Assembly (NCBI GenBank): GCA_965645245.1
Contig: OZ287077.1
Location: 2,232,001-2,296,000 of the forward strand
Source of the DNA: Massalongia carnosa
Taxonomy: Eukaryota
Length of the DNA: 64,000 nt
Direction: 5' to 3'
Part shown: positions 22,601-34,057 of the stretch, piece after piece
How the letters are laid out: each line of letters starts with the position of its first letter
Numbering within the stretch: position 1 is the first letter of the stretch
Notes under the pieces: model-generated
What the model saw: only the letters and a program-made list of their open reading frames with translations
What the model was told of the DNA's origin: nothing
The model's database searches: none
Translations under genes and position numbers: made by a program

Positions 22601-23330
22601 TAATACATTAAATGGGTCTGCACCTATCATCGCTATATCCAGGGCTTCTTCGCTCTCGGCGTCTTTTCTCCAAGACTTTTGCTTCAAGATATCTTCCTTT
22701 CTTGATCTTCGAACTGAAATCGGGTTCGAGTTGCTATGATTCTTTTCATCGGGTTCGTCTCTTTTCAATATCTTCTTTGGTTGGAATATAGGCCTGGTGT
22801 CCTTTGTTGAGCCTGGTTCTTCTCTCCTGATTGGCGACGATGGGAAAGGCCTTTCGGGGGCACCTAGATGATTGCAATGATCGGGACGAAAAGAAATCGA
22901 ATTCGTATGCCCATGATAGCTAACACCATGTTTTCGCATCCAAGGCTTGCCAAGAATAATCGTTTGTTGGCCCAGCTCGGTGATCAACATTGGTGTTGAG
23001 CTCTCGGTATGATTTCCAATTTTCAGAGATGGATAAATGGCCTGGGTAATAGGCTTGCCTTTTCTTCCATCATATGCCTTTATCTTTTTCCGTCTATTTA
23101 ACGTCACCGGTGAGATATTAGCCTTTTCACATATTTCCTGCGCAGTTAGTCTATCAACAAAACAATAACCAGTAGATCCAGTATCAATCATCGCTCTCGT
23201 ATTAATTTATTTCCTACGATACAATCTTCCATTACTGGATGGTCATCGAATAAACCATCCTCCATAAAGAAAGATGTGATAACCAACTCATCTACCCCGC
23301 CGCGTCTATGACGGAGGTCCGTCTTTTCCC
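19625..23330 (-). pseudogene. Pol of element D with frameshifts near 23200 and 20270
   Basis: IDTG, YLDD, ESDSS, GHPG, GQSE. Integrase C-terminus and chromodomain are in ORF 19625-20248. Confidence 0.9.
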
Positions 23331-24601
23331 GAATCTTCTGCTTCTGCGCTCATCTCGCTAACCCGTCCCTTTCTAGGCTGAGGGCAGTCTTTGGCCATAT
23401 GCCCGGTCAGATCGCAGTTAAAACATCTTCCTTCCTTCATTCTTTTCTCCATGATTGGATCGGGATTGGGGGCTCGGGCCATAAAGGGCGTTGAAGATCG
23501 GCTGCTGGTGGCGGAAGGCATTGCGGGAGTACGGGTTAATGCGGGGGTGGAGGCCTTTACGATGGAGGTGGTCCCACCGGCCGTGCTTGCGATAGGTACT
23601 GAGGGGCCAACAAAGTTCTTTCGATAGCCTTTCGTCTTGGTCTCAACCTCGCGGATGGTCTGATCAGTATGCATGCATAGGCGTGCGAATTCATACAAAT
23701 CGGTGGCCTTGTAGGCCTCGACGGCTAGCATCTTCTGGAGCTCAAAGTTCATCTTGTTGCGGAGCTCATTCAGTAGGGTCTTTTCGGAATATTCAAGTTC
23801 GTTGGCTAAGCGTTGGAATTCTGACCAGAAGGCATGGAATTCTCGATATTTACCCACTTGTTTAAGGTCGCGGAATTCTCGCAGTGCTGTTTGTTCCTTG
23901 TGAGGGTCACCATATACTCGGTTTAAATCATCGAAAATCTCTTCGGCAGTGGTAAATGGTTTGGTAGACTCCTTTCTAAATCTAGAGGCTATATGCTTGA
24001 CTGCCTCACCACCAACCCGAGTCCGTACGTATGCCTTTTTCATGGCCTCGGTAGGGTACCAATCCGCATTGCCTTCTAGCTTATTTCGCATGCTAGATAG
24101 CCAGTCCTCGAAGTTGTCGTCTTTATTATTTTCGAGAATGGGTGGGTCAGGAAGCTTGGAAGATTTGCCAACTCCTTCGGGGGCAGGTGTTGACGCGGTA
24201 GTGGTCGTGTGTGTATGCACATTCTCGGCCGATGCGGTGCTTGCGGACGATATGTTGGTGTTTTGAAGAAATTGGATTATCACCTTAGCTTTATCCAATT
24301 CCTCTTGGGCCGAGTCCCGCTCATCGCGAAGGGTCCGGGCTATCTCTAACGTTTCATTGAATCTTTCGGCCACCTTGTTCAATAGGTGGGTCTTCGTTCG
24401 GGACTCCGTCTTCAACTCAGTTATCATTTCCACCACCCGCTGGGGGTCCTGGCGGACAAATTCATTCAGTCTATCCACGGAGTCGATGTTATATGGGGAG
24501 TCATCATCGATAATATTAGGGACAATGGACTCACGTCGGCCCTCCATGGGTTCGTCCATAGTGAGCCTACTCCGTCGAGGCTCGCTGATTACTCGGGGCA
24601 T
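23306..24601 (-). CDS. Gag of element D
   Basis: KLPDPP motif, CCHC CFNCDLTGHMAKDC, GGGAAAA slippery-like site at the 3' end. Confidence 0.9.
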   Translation of the reverse strand: MPRVISEPRRSRLTMDEPMEGRRESIVPNIIDDDSPYNIDSVDRLNEFVRQDPQRVVEMITELKTESRTKTHLLNKVAERFNETLEIARTLRDERDSAQEELDKAKVIIQFLQNTNISSASTASAENVHTHTTTTASTPAPEGVGKSSKLPDPPILENNKDDNFEDWLSSMRNKLEGNADWYPTEAMKKAYVRTRVGGEAVKHIASRFRKESTKPFTTAEEIFDDLNRVYGDPHKEQTALREFRDLKQVGKYREFHAFWSEFQRLANELEYSEKTLLNELRNKMNFELQKMLAVEAYKATDLYEFARLCMHTDQTIREVETKTKGYRKNFVGPSVPIASTAGGTTSIVKASTPALTRTPAMPSATSSRSSTPFMARAPNPDPIMEKRMKEGRCFNCDLTGHMAKDCPQPRKGRVSEMSAEAEDSGKDGPPS

Positions 24602-26057
24602 TTCTTCTTTCTTTCTTGGGGGTGTTCTTATCTTGTGATCTTCTATTCGATGGCCGAAGAATCCTGGTTTCTACGATCCTGGGTTCTGGTTCTTCTGGGT
24701 CTGAGTTCTTCTTTTGATTCTGGTAATTCTGGTGGCCTAGAAATCCTTGCTTCTAAGGTCCTATGATCTGGTTCTAGTCTAAGTTCCGGGTTCTTCTTCT
24801 AATTTTCCTGGTTGAACGGTTTAATATCGTGTTCAGGATAGCAGGGTTAAAGAAGATGCTTAGTGAAATCTATCTACAAAGAAGAATGTGAAATCTATAT
24901 GCCCCGTTTGCCCTTCTTCTCGAAGTTTCCATCCGGCTCTAGAAGCTTATCTCCGAAGCTTCGGTCGGAAAGAGCCGTTGGATTTAGCGCTCCCACACCC
25001 GAGTCCTGACAGACCCCTCCTAATGTCCCCCTGGTATCGAGCCGGTTGGCCAATTGGTGCGTATGCCCTCATCCTCCAACCGGTCATCTCATTGAATGCT
25101 GTTTCAACAACGAAAACCAACTGCTCTGCAGTCACATTAAGCATGCTAGCATGCCAATTTTCCCTCAATTCGTCGTTCCTACGCCCATGTCTTTGACTTT
25201 TCTTTTGACTCCATCGCCGTTTCTTTATTTCCCTAGAAACGGTTGATTGATGCACGAATATACCCCACTCCTCCCAAAGAAACCAGACCATCTCCTTTTG
25301 TTAGGCCCATGGCTGACGATTTAGATATTCGATCAAGGAGTCGCCGGCGGCTTTAGTAATTTTGCATGCGCGACCTAGATGACGTCTTCGAGGAGCGGAT
25401 ATGCTACCATACATGAATAAATTGTCTTGGAAATTATAGATAGTTCGGACACTGCAATGAACCTCTTTGGCTATGGCATCCGGTCGCCAATGAAGGAATA
25501 AATATCGAATGATTCGCGATCGCATGGATAGAGTGTTGTATTGTGCAAAGTCACCCGGCTGATGCCTAGTAAAGTGTTCAGAGTCACATAGTACCGCATT
25601 GGGATTAGTGCGTTGGTAAGAACATTAGGCAACACATAACGACCTCGAGAAGCACCGCAAAACTTCTATGAACATTCCCATCGAGTCATAAATTGGATAT
25701 GAGTCAATCACCAATCTTAGATTTCTAGGAAGCAGGAAGGTGAGTCATAGGGAGAACGGTTTTCGGCATGTTTTTCTATCTATATAAACACGGTCCTTAG
25801 ATAGGTAGATAGAAAGATCAATCGTTTCAAAAGTGAGCTTTTTACTATGCCAGCAGAGCTTCTATTACAATATGGAGGAAGGGATTCGACCATATTGACG
25901 ATTAATATATATATGTGTCTACCAAACTATAAAAATATGTTAGGATTTTGGTGTAGGGAATATCTAGGAAAATTAAGATTTTGGAGTTTGAATGGTGTGT
26001 CTATGTTGGTGGTATGTGTTTTCATAAGCGAAATTGCAAATCATTTTGCATACGCTA

Positions 26058-26170
26058 ATACTCTCAGCGACCAGCACGTAGTAGCTATCTTCCACCTCTC
26101 ACGCTGAGCATTTCCCCTTTCGAGATCAGTGTCGCTCATGATTAGCTTACTGGTCTCGTAGCCCATTACA
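26058..26170 (+). mobile_element. 3'-end fragment of an LTR of the element I family
   Basis: Near-identical to ~33855-33967, ending ..CCCATTACA. Confidence 0.88.
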
Positions 26171-26999
26171 CCCGGATGGCAAACGGTGGCCGTCGCAGCG
26201 GTTGCGGACGGTGTTGCAACGCGAGAGTCGAATTGGCATGGGCGTGTCATTCAGCATTAAGGCATATCGGGAGATTGTCATTGGCATCAGTCGAAAGTAC
26301 ATGCGAGAGGGTTTGTCATTTCACGCCGACACAGAAAACAAGGAGACGGCAGAGGATCGGTTCAACGATATTGCGGACGTGCAGGCGGGGCATGGATCGC
26401 ACGTGGCGGGAATGATATAGGCACGAGGCATTATGGAGGCCGATGGGAGGTGGCCAGCAAGCGTCAGCGGTTTCGTCAAAGCAGTCAGGAATGGCATCGG
26501 TTTTTAGGATTTGCATCGGTCATGACGACGCACGAGTCGTCGAAACAGGAAACCAAACGCCGGACGGTATGGGAAGGAGAGAATCAAGAGATTTGGATGC
26601 ATCGATGGAAACGATTGCGTGGAGTAGACATTCAACAGCAGTTGGAGCGATTGATGGGCGCCGGCAGTCGGTTCCGCGGGGTGCAACGGGTCACGATCGA
26701 GGCGATCATGGCCGGCGAAAGCCCGGTGATGGCGGTTATGCACACCGGTGGCGGCAAAAGCATGACATTCATGTTGCCGGCGTCGTGCGGGCACGGAGGG
26801 GTGAGCGTGGTGTTGTTGCCGCTAATCGCATTGCGACAAGACATGCGGCGACGGTGCGAGAACATAGGCATCACATGCGCGGAGTGGAGCAGTCGTCGAC
26901 CACCCGAGGCGGCGTCGTTGGTGTTGGTCACGCCGGAGTCGGCAGTGACGGGGGATTTTCAGAGATTTATCAACCGATTACGAGCCATGCAGCAGTTGG
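26171..26999 (+). pseudogene. Telomere-linked RecQ-family helicase (TLH-like) internal fragment
   Basis: QAGH motif, FRGVQ, Walker A TGGGKS, motif Ia PLIALRQD, VTPE. Stop at 26418-26420 and a frameshift. Bounded by LTRs on both sides. Confidence 0.85.
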
Positions 27000-27331
27000 T
27001 GTCACGATTCTACTGGGCACGACCTCGGCACTCGGATGAATTCGGCACCGCACCGTAGATGGAACGCGCAGGAACTTTCGATTTCGTTCCCGCACCTTCG
27101 ATTTTGTTCCAGCAGTCATGAGAAGATTCCATCGCGACTATACCACATCGGTATTAGCGCAATAGTGGATATATAGGGGAAGGTTCGGGTTGTCAATTGT
27201 CTTTTTCCTTCCTCATCTTTATTGTATTCGTTTATAGTGTCCCTATGACTTGTCTCTAGGTAGATCATAACATTACAATAAAGATCAAACTTACCCTGCT
27301 ATCCTACGTGAGGGATATAAAAGAACTCACC

Positions 27332-27495
27332 CGAAGAACGAAACCAGAAGAACCCAGAACCCAAACGACGAACTGAACGAAACACGAAGAACCGAAGAAA
27401 CCGAAGATCGCCACAGGACTGGCACCAGAACCCGAACCAGAACCCGAACCCGAACCAGAAACCGTACCAGAACCGAACCAGAACCGAACCAGAAC
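27332..27495 (+). repeat. Degenerate GAACC(A/C) short-unit array in the 5' leader of element H
   Basis: Repeated GAACCA/GAACCC units; a similar array lies in the element D leader (~24660-24800). Confidence 0.75.
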
Positions 27496-30250
27496 TAGAC
27501 ATAGACACCGAAGGAGGCCTCCCCTATAGCGATGGCACGATCCACAGGAACCGGAATTGAACTCCCAACTTGACGAGAATCGATGATCCCGACGACCCAA
27601 GAGACAGATGACGAATTGGAGGTAATGGAACCTCTGATGATCGAGAACTTTCGACAACTGAAGGCATGGATGAAGCACGACGGCCAGCCTGTGTCCGACA
27701 TGCTTCAGGAACTGAAGAAAGCCTATAACGACTCCATCGACCGAAGCAATCTCGCCACCGACATGGCCGAAAGCTTCCAGAAAAGAATGAACCAGCTAGA
27801 AGGAATTGTCGAATACCAAAAGGAAGAACTGAGGGAAGCACGTCGCCAGGCTTCCGAAACACCAACCGACAAAACACGAGAGCAGTCTCGCCCTCATTCT
27901 CCTTCTCGGACACCAAGCACTCAACGGACCGACGGCACCAGTGACAAGAAGAAGTCCTTGAAGCTCCCTGATCCTCCCATTTTTACTGATGGAAAAGAGA
28001 TTTCCATTGACCATTGGCTGACGAAGATGCGGAGTAAATTAGCGGCCAACGAGGACCATATGCCCACGGAAATGCTGAAGAAGGCGTACGTAGAGAACCG
28101 AGTCGGAGGAGAAGCCATGGGGCACCTCGAACCCCGACTCCGAAAAGGTGCAATTCGCCCCTTTGTGACGGCCGAAGAAATGTTCGACCAATTGGAACGC
28201 ACCTACGGCGACCCCAACCGAAAACAAAACGCCATGAACAGCTTCCGAGCCCTCAAGCAAGGAAGCAAAGACTTTAACACCTTTTGGGCTGAGTTCCAGC
28301 GCCTAGCAGCTGAGTTAGAGCATAACGAGGCCACGCTAATCAGCGAGTTGAAGTACAAGCTTTCCTGGGAAATGTCACGACAATTGTCCACCGGCGAGCA
28401 GGCACCAACCGACCTCTATGCGTTTGCGCAAAAGTGCCAACGCTTATACCAGGACCTCAAGGACTTGGACCGGAGTAAGGCTAGTATGGAACGTTAAGCT
28501 GAAAGACGTTCTAGCACGACTCCGACCCCCAGCGCCATGGCCACGAGAACGACGACTTCCACCAAGACCTACGTACCACCTCGACCCTTCACCAGCACTC
28601 CGACCACTAGAACTACCTCTTACATGACGGAGGAGGAGAAGGAACGACTGACTAGAGAAGGTCGTTGTTTCTTTTGCAAAGAAACTGGACATATATCGAG
28701 GGACTGCGAGAAGAAGACTCGGCCAGCGAAAGTGCAAGACATCGCTGAGGTTGCCGACTCGGGAAAAGAATGACCTCCACCGAAGGCGCGGATGGAGGTG
28801 AACCTTTGTTGATTTCATCTAGCTGTTTACCAGGCGATTTGTTTACGGATGAACCTCTAGTCATACAGTGTAGGCTAGGTAACAGCGAAGAAATGAAAGT
28901 AATGGGACTGTTGGACACTGATGCTACAGGACATGCTTTTATTGATGAAGCAACAGCGCGTGAAGTTTGTGAAAAGCTTCAAATCTCCTCTCAGAGAGTG
29001 ACACGACCGAAACCGGTGAAAGGTTTTGATGGTAAACGGGGTAAAGACATCACCCATGCCATCTACCCCACCCTGACCATACAACACCACAAAGAGACGG
29101 TGGCGCCTCTTCTGATCACCACACTAGGCCAACATAAGATGATCCTGGGCAAACCATGGATGAGGAAACATGGAGTAGTTATCGACATGGCCCTGGACAA
29201 GATAATCTTCTGGCCCGGCCACTGTTCCCATCCAGGCGCACCCAAACCACTCCAGAAGCAAGAAACGACGAAGACCCCGAAGACTACAGAACCCAGAAAG
29301 GTTATGAAGATATTGACACGGACCCAAGAAGAAAAGACAGAACAGAAAGAACCCGAAAAGACCAAACCAGAACAGTCTATGCAGTCGAATGTGGTAGCTG
29401 ACAAGGCTGTTGTTAGACTAACAGAAAGACTAACAGACTTTCCATCCACCGAAACTGTAGATGGACATTCAACCGAAGATAAGCCGATAGAGACGGCCAT
29501 GATAGGGGCTGCTGCGTATCGACTGCTCTCCAGACGAAAGGACATCGAATTATTCTCCATTTCCTTGAAAGACATCGAGTATCAGCTCAACAAAGAAGAC
29601 CGCCCACCGACTGACCCGAAGACGGTAGTTCCCCCGGAATATCACGAGTTTTTGGACGTCTTTTCCAAGGCCGCATCGGACACGCTGGCACCTCACCGAC
29701 CCCTATGACCATCGTATTATTCTAGAAGGAGGAAAAGATCACGGGCATAGCCCACTTAGGAGTATGTCGCAAAGAGAGATCGAATTCGTCAAGAAATACC
29801 TCGAGGACAACCTTCGAAAGGGGTTTATCGAGGCCAGTCACGCTGCTTGCTCGTCCCCGATTCTTCTAGCCAGGAAGCCTAATGGAGGACTTCGCTTTTG
29901 TGTCGATTATCGACGGTTGAACCAGTTGTCAAAGAAAGACCGCTATCCAATTCCCCTGATAGGAGAAACGCTGGCCCAGCTGAAACAGGCCAAGATCTAA
30001 TCGAAAATCGATATCCGACAAGCGTTTCACAAACTCCGAATGGCTATGGAATCTGAAGGTTTGACCACGTTTAACTCCCGTTTCGGTGCCTATAAATACA
30101 AGGTATTACCGTTTGGACTTTCCGGAGGACTATCGACCTGGCAGCACTTTATCAATGACGTGTTGTTTGAATATCTGGACAAGTTCTGCACGGCTTACCT
30201 AGACGACATCTTAATTTAGCAAGAATCTGAAAGAACATCGGGAGCATGTA

Positions 30251-31599
30251 CGAGGTTAGCGCGAAAAGTATTGACGGATTTTCGCTTATTTTGCATTTTT
30301 CCCCTCCTCTTCTCCACATCATCATCATGAATCACCCCTCCCATCAGCCCAATTCCGAATGGGAAACTCCCACACGTCAGCGAGTACTAGATCTATATCA
30401 TGACAGTCATATGCCGGCTGCTCAAATATTTAGAGCAACTGGTGTACCCACACCAACTGTGCGAAGATGGATCAAATCTGGAGAGCCTCGGCACGATGCA
30501 CATCCTCGCTCGGGACGACCTGTCAAACTCAACCCCAGAGACGTGCGACATCTTGTGCGTACAGTGACGAGTTCTAAAGATGGTAGACAAGCATCCTACA
30601 TGAAGATAGCCAAAGATCTTGGAATTCAAGCTTCAATGTCGACTATTCGAAAGGCGCTTCGAAAAGCAGGCTTTCGTCGCTGTGTGGCCTGTCCCAAGCC
30701 CCTGGTTTCCTGGATCAATCGTCGCAAACGTCTCAAATGGGCACGAGAGCATCTGTCTTGGCAAGAAGAAGACTGGTTGCGTATTATTTTTACCGATGAG
30801 AGCACGTTTGAAACGGGACAGAGAGCTCGTCAGTTCGTTACCCGAAGGTCAGGGGAAAAGTACTGTCCTGATTGTCTGAATAGCTTTAAGCACTCGGGTC
30901 GACAGTCAGTCATGGTTTGGGGAGGCATATGTGAACAGCAGGCCAGCGAATTGGTAGAGTTTAAGAAGACTTTGAAGAAGATGAAGAGGGGGAAAAACAA
31001 AGACCTATTGAAGGACTCGATAACCACCACTGATTACATCAATCAGATCTTGGAACCATGCCTTTTTCCTTGGTACGAAGCTCTCAAAGCACAAGGCCAC
31101 CGTCCAATCTTCATGCAAGACAATGCGAGCATTCACGATTCCAAAGAGGCTCGTTTGTGGCTACGACAACATCAGATAGAGGTCATGACCTGGCCCCCTT
31201 CGAGTCCTGATCTCAATCCCATCGAGTACATGTGGAGGGGCTGCAAGCAGAAGATCAAACGATATCCTCGTTTAGTCACGAATGCAAAAGACATATTCAT
31301 AGCAGGAACGAACGAATGGAACGGGTTGGTGGAGGAAAATAAGCATCTGAAATGGATCAACACGATGCGAGATCGTTGTCGGGCTGTGATTAAAAATCAT
31401 GGTTTTTCCACCAAATATTGAGTGTAAAACATGCTTCAAATTTTCAGATCAACTACTTCATACATACGTCTGACTTCGATATCAATTGTAGAAATTATCG
31501 TGTTGAATTGAAGGTTTAGTATTTTTGATTGTGGAGGTGATTGAAAGATCGATTTTGATTTTCTCGCTTAATCCGTCAATACTTTTCACCCGAACCTAG
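30251..31599 (+). mobile_element. Tc1-like (DD34E) DNA transposon G inserted in the RT of element H
   Basis: TA duplication at 30249-30250 and 31600-31601. Imperfect 30-bp TIRs share GAAAAGTATTGACGGATT. Excision restores EHREHV-RAVLSRLREAGL. Confidence 0.95.
30327..31421 (+). CDS. Intact Tc1-family DD34E transposase (364 aa)
   Basis: HTH with RSGRP, FTDE, QDNASIH, WPPSSPDLNPIE; 34 residues between D and E. Confidence 0.93.
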   Translation: MNHPSHQPNSEWETPTRQRVLDLYHDSHMPAAQIFRATGVPTPTVRRWIKSGEPRHDAHPRSGRPVKLNPRDVRHLVRTVTSSKDGRQASYMKIAKDLGIQASMSTIRKALRKAGFRRCVACPKPLVSWINRRKRLKWAREHLSWQEEDWLRIIFTDESTFETGQRARQFVTRRSGEKYCPDCLNSFKHSGRQSVMVWGGICEQQASELVEFKKTLKKMKRGKNKDLLKDSITTTDYINQILEPCLFPWYEALKAQGHRPIFMQDNASIHDSKEARLWLRQHQIEVMTWPPSSPDLNPIEYMWRGCKQKIKRYPRLVTNAKDIFIAGTNEWNGLVEENKHLKWINTMRDRCRAVIKNHGFSTKY

Positions 31600-34057
31600 T
31601 ACGGGCCGTTCTATCAAGACTTCGAGAAGCAGGACTCCAAGCGGACGTAGACAAATGCGAGTTCCACGTGACGGAAACGAAATATCTGGGACTGATTATC
31701 GATGTTGATGGCATTCGTATAGACCCCGCCAAAGTCAAGGCCATTCAGGAATGGGAAATTCCGACCTGCCTACGGGATGTTCGTTCGTTCATTGGTTTTT
31801 GCAATTTCTATTGCCGGTTCATCAGAGGATTTTCCAAGATCGCCAAACCGCTGAATGCGTTGACAAAGAAAGAACGAATATTCGAATGGACCCCCGCATG
31901 TGAAAAATCTTTTCGAACTCTACAGAAACGAATTGGAGAAGCCCCAATCCTGATACATTTCGATCGGAACAAACAGTGCTATCTGTATATATGGTTCTTG
32001 ATTTGAAGGTCTCCTGCCACCAAAAAAATTAAGCGAATGTGAAATTCGCTTAAAAGAGACCTCTCCTGCACGCGAGATTAATCGAAGAACTTTTAAATAA
32101 GCGAACCTCATATAAGATTAACCGAATTCTGAGATGATGTGTAACGTAATTAGTAATCATGTTCATGAAATGCAGAATTTTACGCTGAATCCAAATCTGA
32201 AAGAATTTTAATAATCGAACAAGAAACGACTAAGTAATTGCCGATTCCAATAAAGTTTACCTTTAAATTATCAACTTAAATGTTAATGCTTCCCTCGGGA
32301 CCCGAGGGAATCATCACGTGACATTGATGCTCTTTGAGAGCGAAAGACTTCGTTCCGACCTGTTCTATCTTCCTGCTTCTTCGTGAAAGTGAAGCTGAGC
32401 CAGCTGCGCGATGCGATCAAAGTAACTCTATACGCCGCCGACTTGACGGACACGATCGTACTCATCATTGGATGCAGACGGTAACTACATATAATCGTTT
32501 TCTTGTTCTTGGAAAAGCTTCGTCTCACGCCGGCACATGGGCTGCTCGCATTGGAAGAATTGCACGAACGCCGTGCCACTCATCCCTCCAGTCTTGTCAT
32601 CATGACCGACTGGTTTCGCAGCCTCACTTCAATCATTGAGATTCGAATCCCTCGCCGACCCAATGACATGATAGCGGAAACTATTCGCGACGACTTCTTC
32701 AACAGCAGCCGGCCCTCCTTCGCATCCAGCCGCGACGGTCTTCGCACCGCCCCTCCCCCGCGCCTTCCCCTAACCCCGCCAGCTCGCACGCCTCTACCCC
32801 TCCGCGTCCGCCTTCACCTCCTTCGTCTCGCCGCAAGACCCGCCAGCGCGCCGCTCCTTCCGCGAAGCAACCTGCCGTCGGCCCGTCACGCAAGCGAGAT
32901 GCTTATGGACAGTCCCCCCCCGACCGTCCTGTAAAGGTGTAATACGGATGGCGCTAGAGGGATACGTGCTCGCCTATGGCGGTTGCGGGATTAACTAGCG
33001 TGGACCATGCCGTAGGACAAAGTCGCATAAGCCGTCGAGGCTGACACACTGCCATCTTGCCCCGAAACTTCGGAGTTATTGTTATCACGTTCTTGACTAC
33101 TTACAGATCAAACACCTGTCGAGGCCGTGGTGGTAGATTGCCATGGAGTGTAAGGCGGACTCCTGTGGAGACGCCGAGGAACTCTATATGGAATCTACTG
33201 GCCTACTCGGAGCTACTGGATCTCTTGATGGTTCAAGAGAGGTAGCAGGAGGCACGGCTCGCTGGACGCAGCTTGAGCTAGGCTCCCTGGTGTAAACTTC
33301 AGCTTCAACCTTTATTACTACGTTGGTAGTGATGTCGGCTGAATGAACCTACATGACCTCGTTGTCTAGACCTTGTGTCTAGAGGCAGGTCCGCAGTGTA
33401 GCGAGGTATTCAGTCGGAGGTAACCTTCCATCACTAGGTAGTGGTGACGGCGAAATGAAGCTACATAGCCTGAGGCATGTAGTGAGGGATCTAGCCGGGG
33501 GTAGAATTGTTCTACCTTGCAAGGGAAGATCTAGAAGGCTGCTCGAGGCTGACTAGATGATCCAGCGAACGCCGAGTTCGTGGATGGATCCTGAGGGATG
33601 GTTGGATGTAATGCGATAAAGTCGGATGTGGATTGCAAGGCTGTATTGCTCGCAAGACTCCCAAGGCTTGCAAGGCTCCTAAGGTTCCAAGGCTCCCAAG
33701 GCTATAGGCTTGGGGTGAGTAGGATAAATATCAGAACGAATCTTGTAGTATTCGTTAGCAATTAGTCTTTATTCTATGAACAACCTACGTTTGGGTCTCG
33801 GACGAGATCTCTTGGTCTAAGCACTTCCACATCCATTAGTTCTTTGGATCACGTATACTCTCGGAGACTAGCACGTAGTAGCTATCTTCCTCCTCTCACG
33901 CTGAGCATTTCCCCTTTCGAGATCAGTGTCGCTCGTGATAAGCTTACTGGTCTCGTAGCCCACTACAATTCTAATTGCTCTCATACCCTACGGGTCAGCC
34001 AGCCCGTTTGGAGGAAGCTTAGCTAGTGGAGCCATCTGTTCTTGAACTCCGCAAACG

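Larger units (their letters stand above)
18044..25011 (-). mobile_element. Ty3/Gypsy chromovirus D (degenerate)
   Basis: TSD GACCC at 18039-18043 and 25012-25016. 3' LTR is 18044-18257; 5' LTR remnant 24865-25011 matches 18111-18257. Confidence 0.92.
17555..25525 (-). pseudogene. IS630/Tc1-like DDE transposase E, split by element D (parts ~25525-25012 and 18043-~17555)
   Basis: Removing D and one TSD restores GDIRRG-HNWTVLPAYTVDG..VIVMDNAAIH, followed by YSPDFNPIELSF. N-terminal HTH (IAKEVHCSVRTIY). Stop at 25301-25303 plus frameshifts. TIRs not found. Confidence 0.85.
27000..31985 (+). mobile_element. Ty3/Gypsy element H, 3'-truncated and degenerate, related to D
   Basis: 5' LTR 27000-27272. 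gag ~27532-28773 (stop at 28495, CCHC CFFCKETGHISRDC). pol from ~28770 with stops and YLDD. Breaks off at the start of RNase H. Confidence 0.88.
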
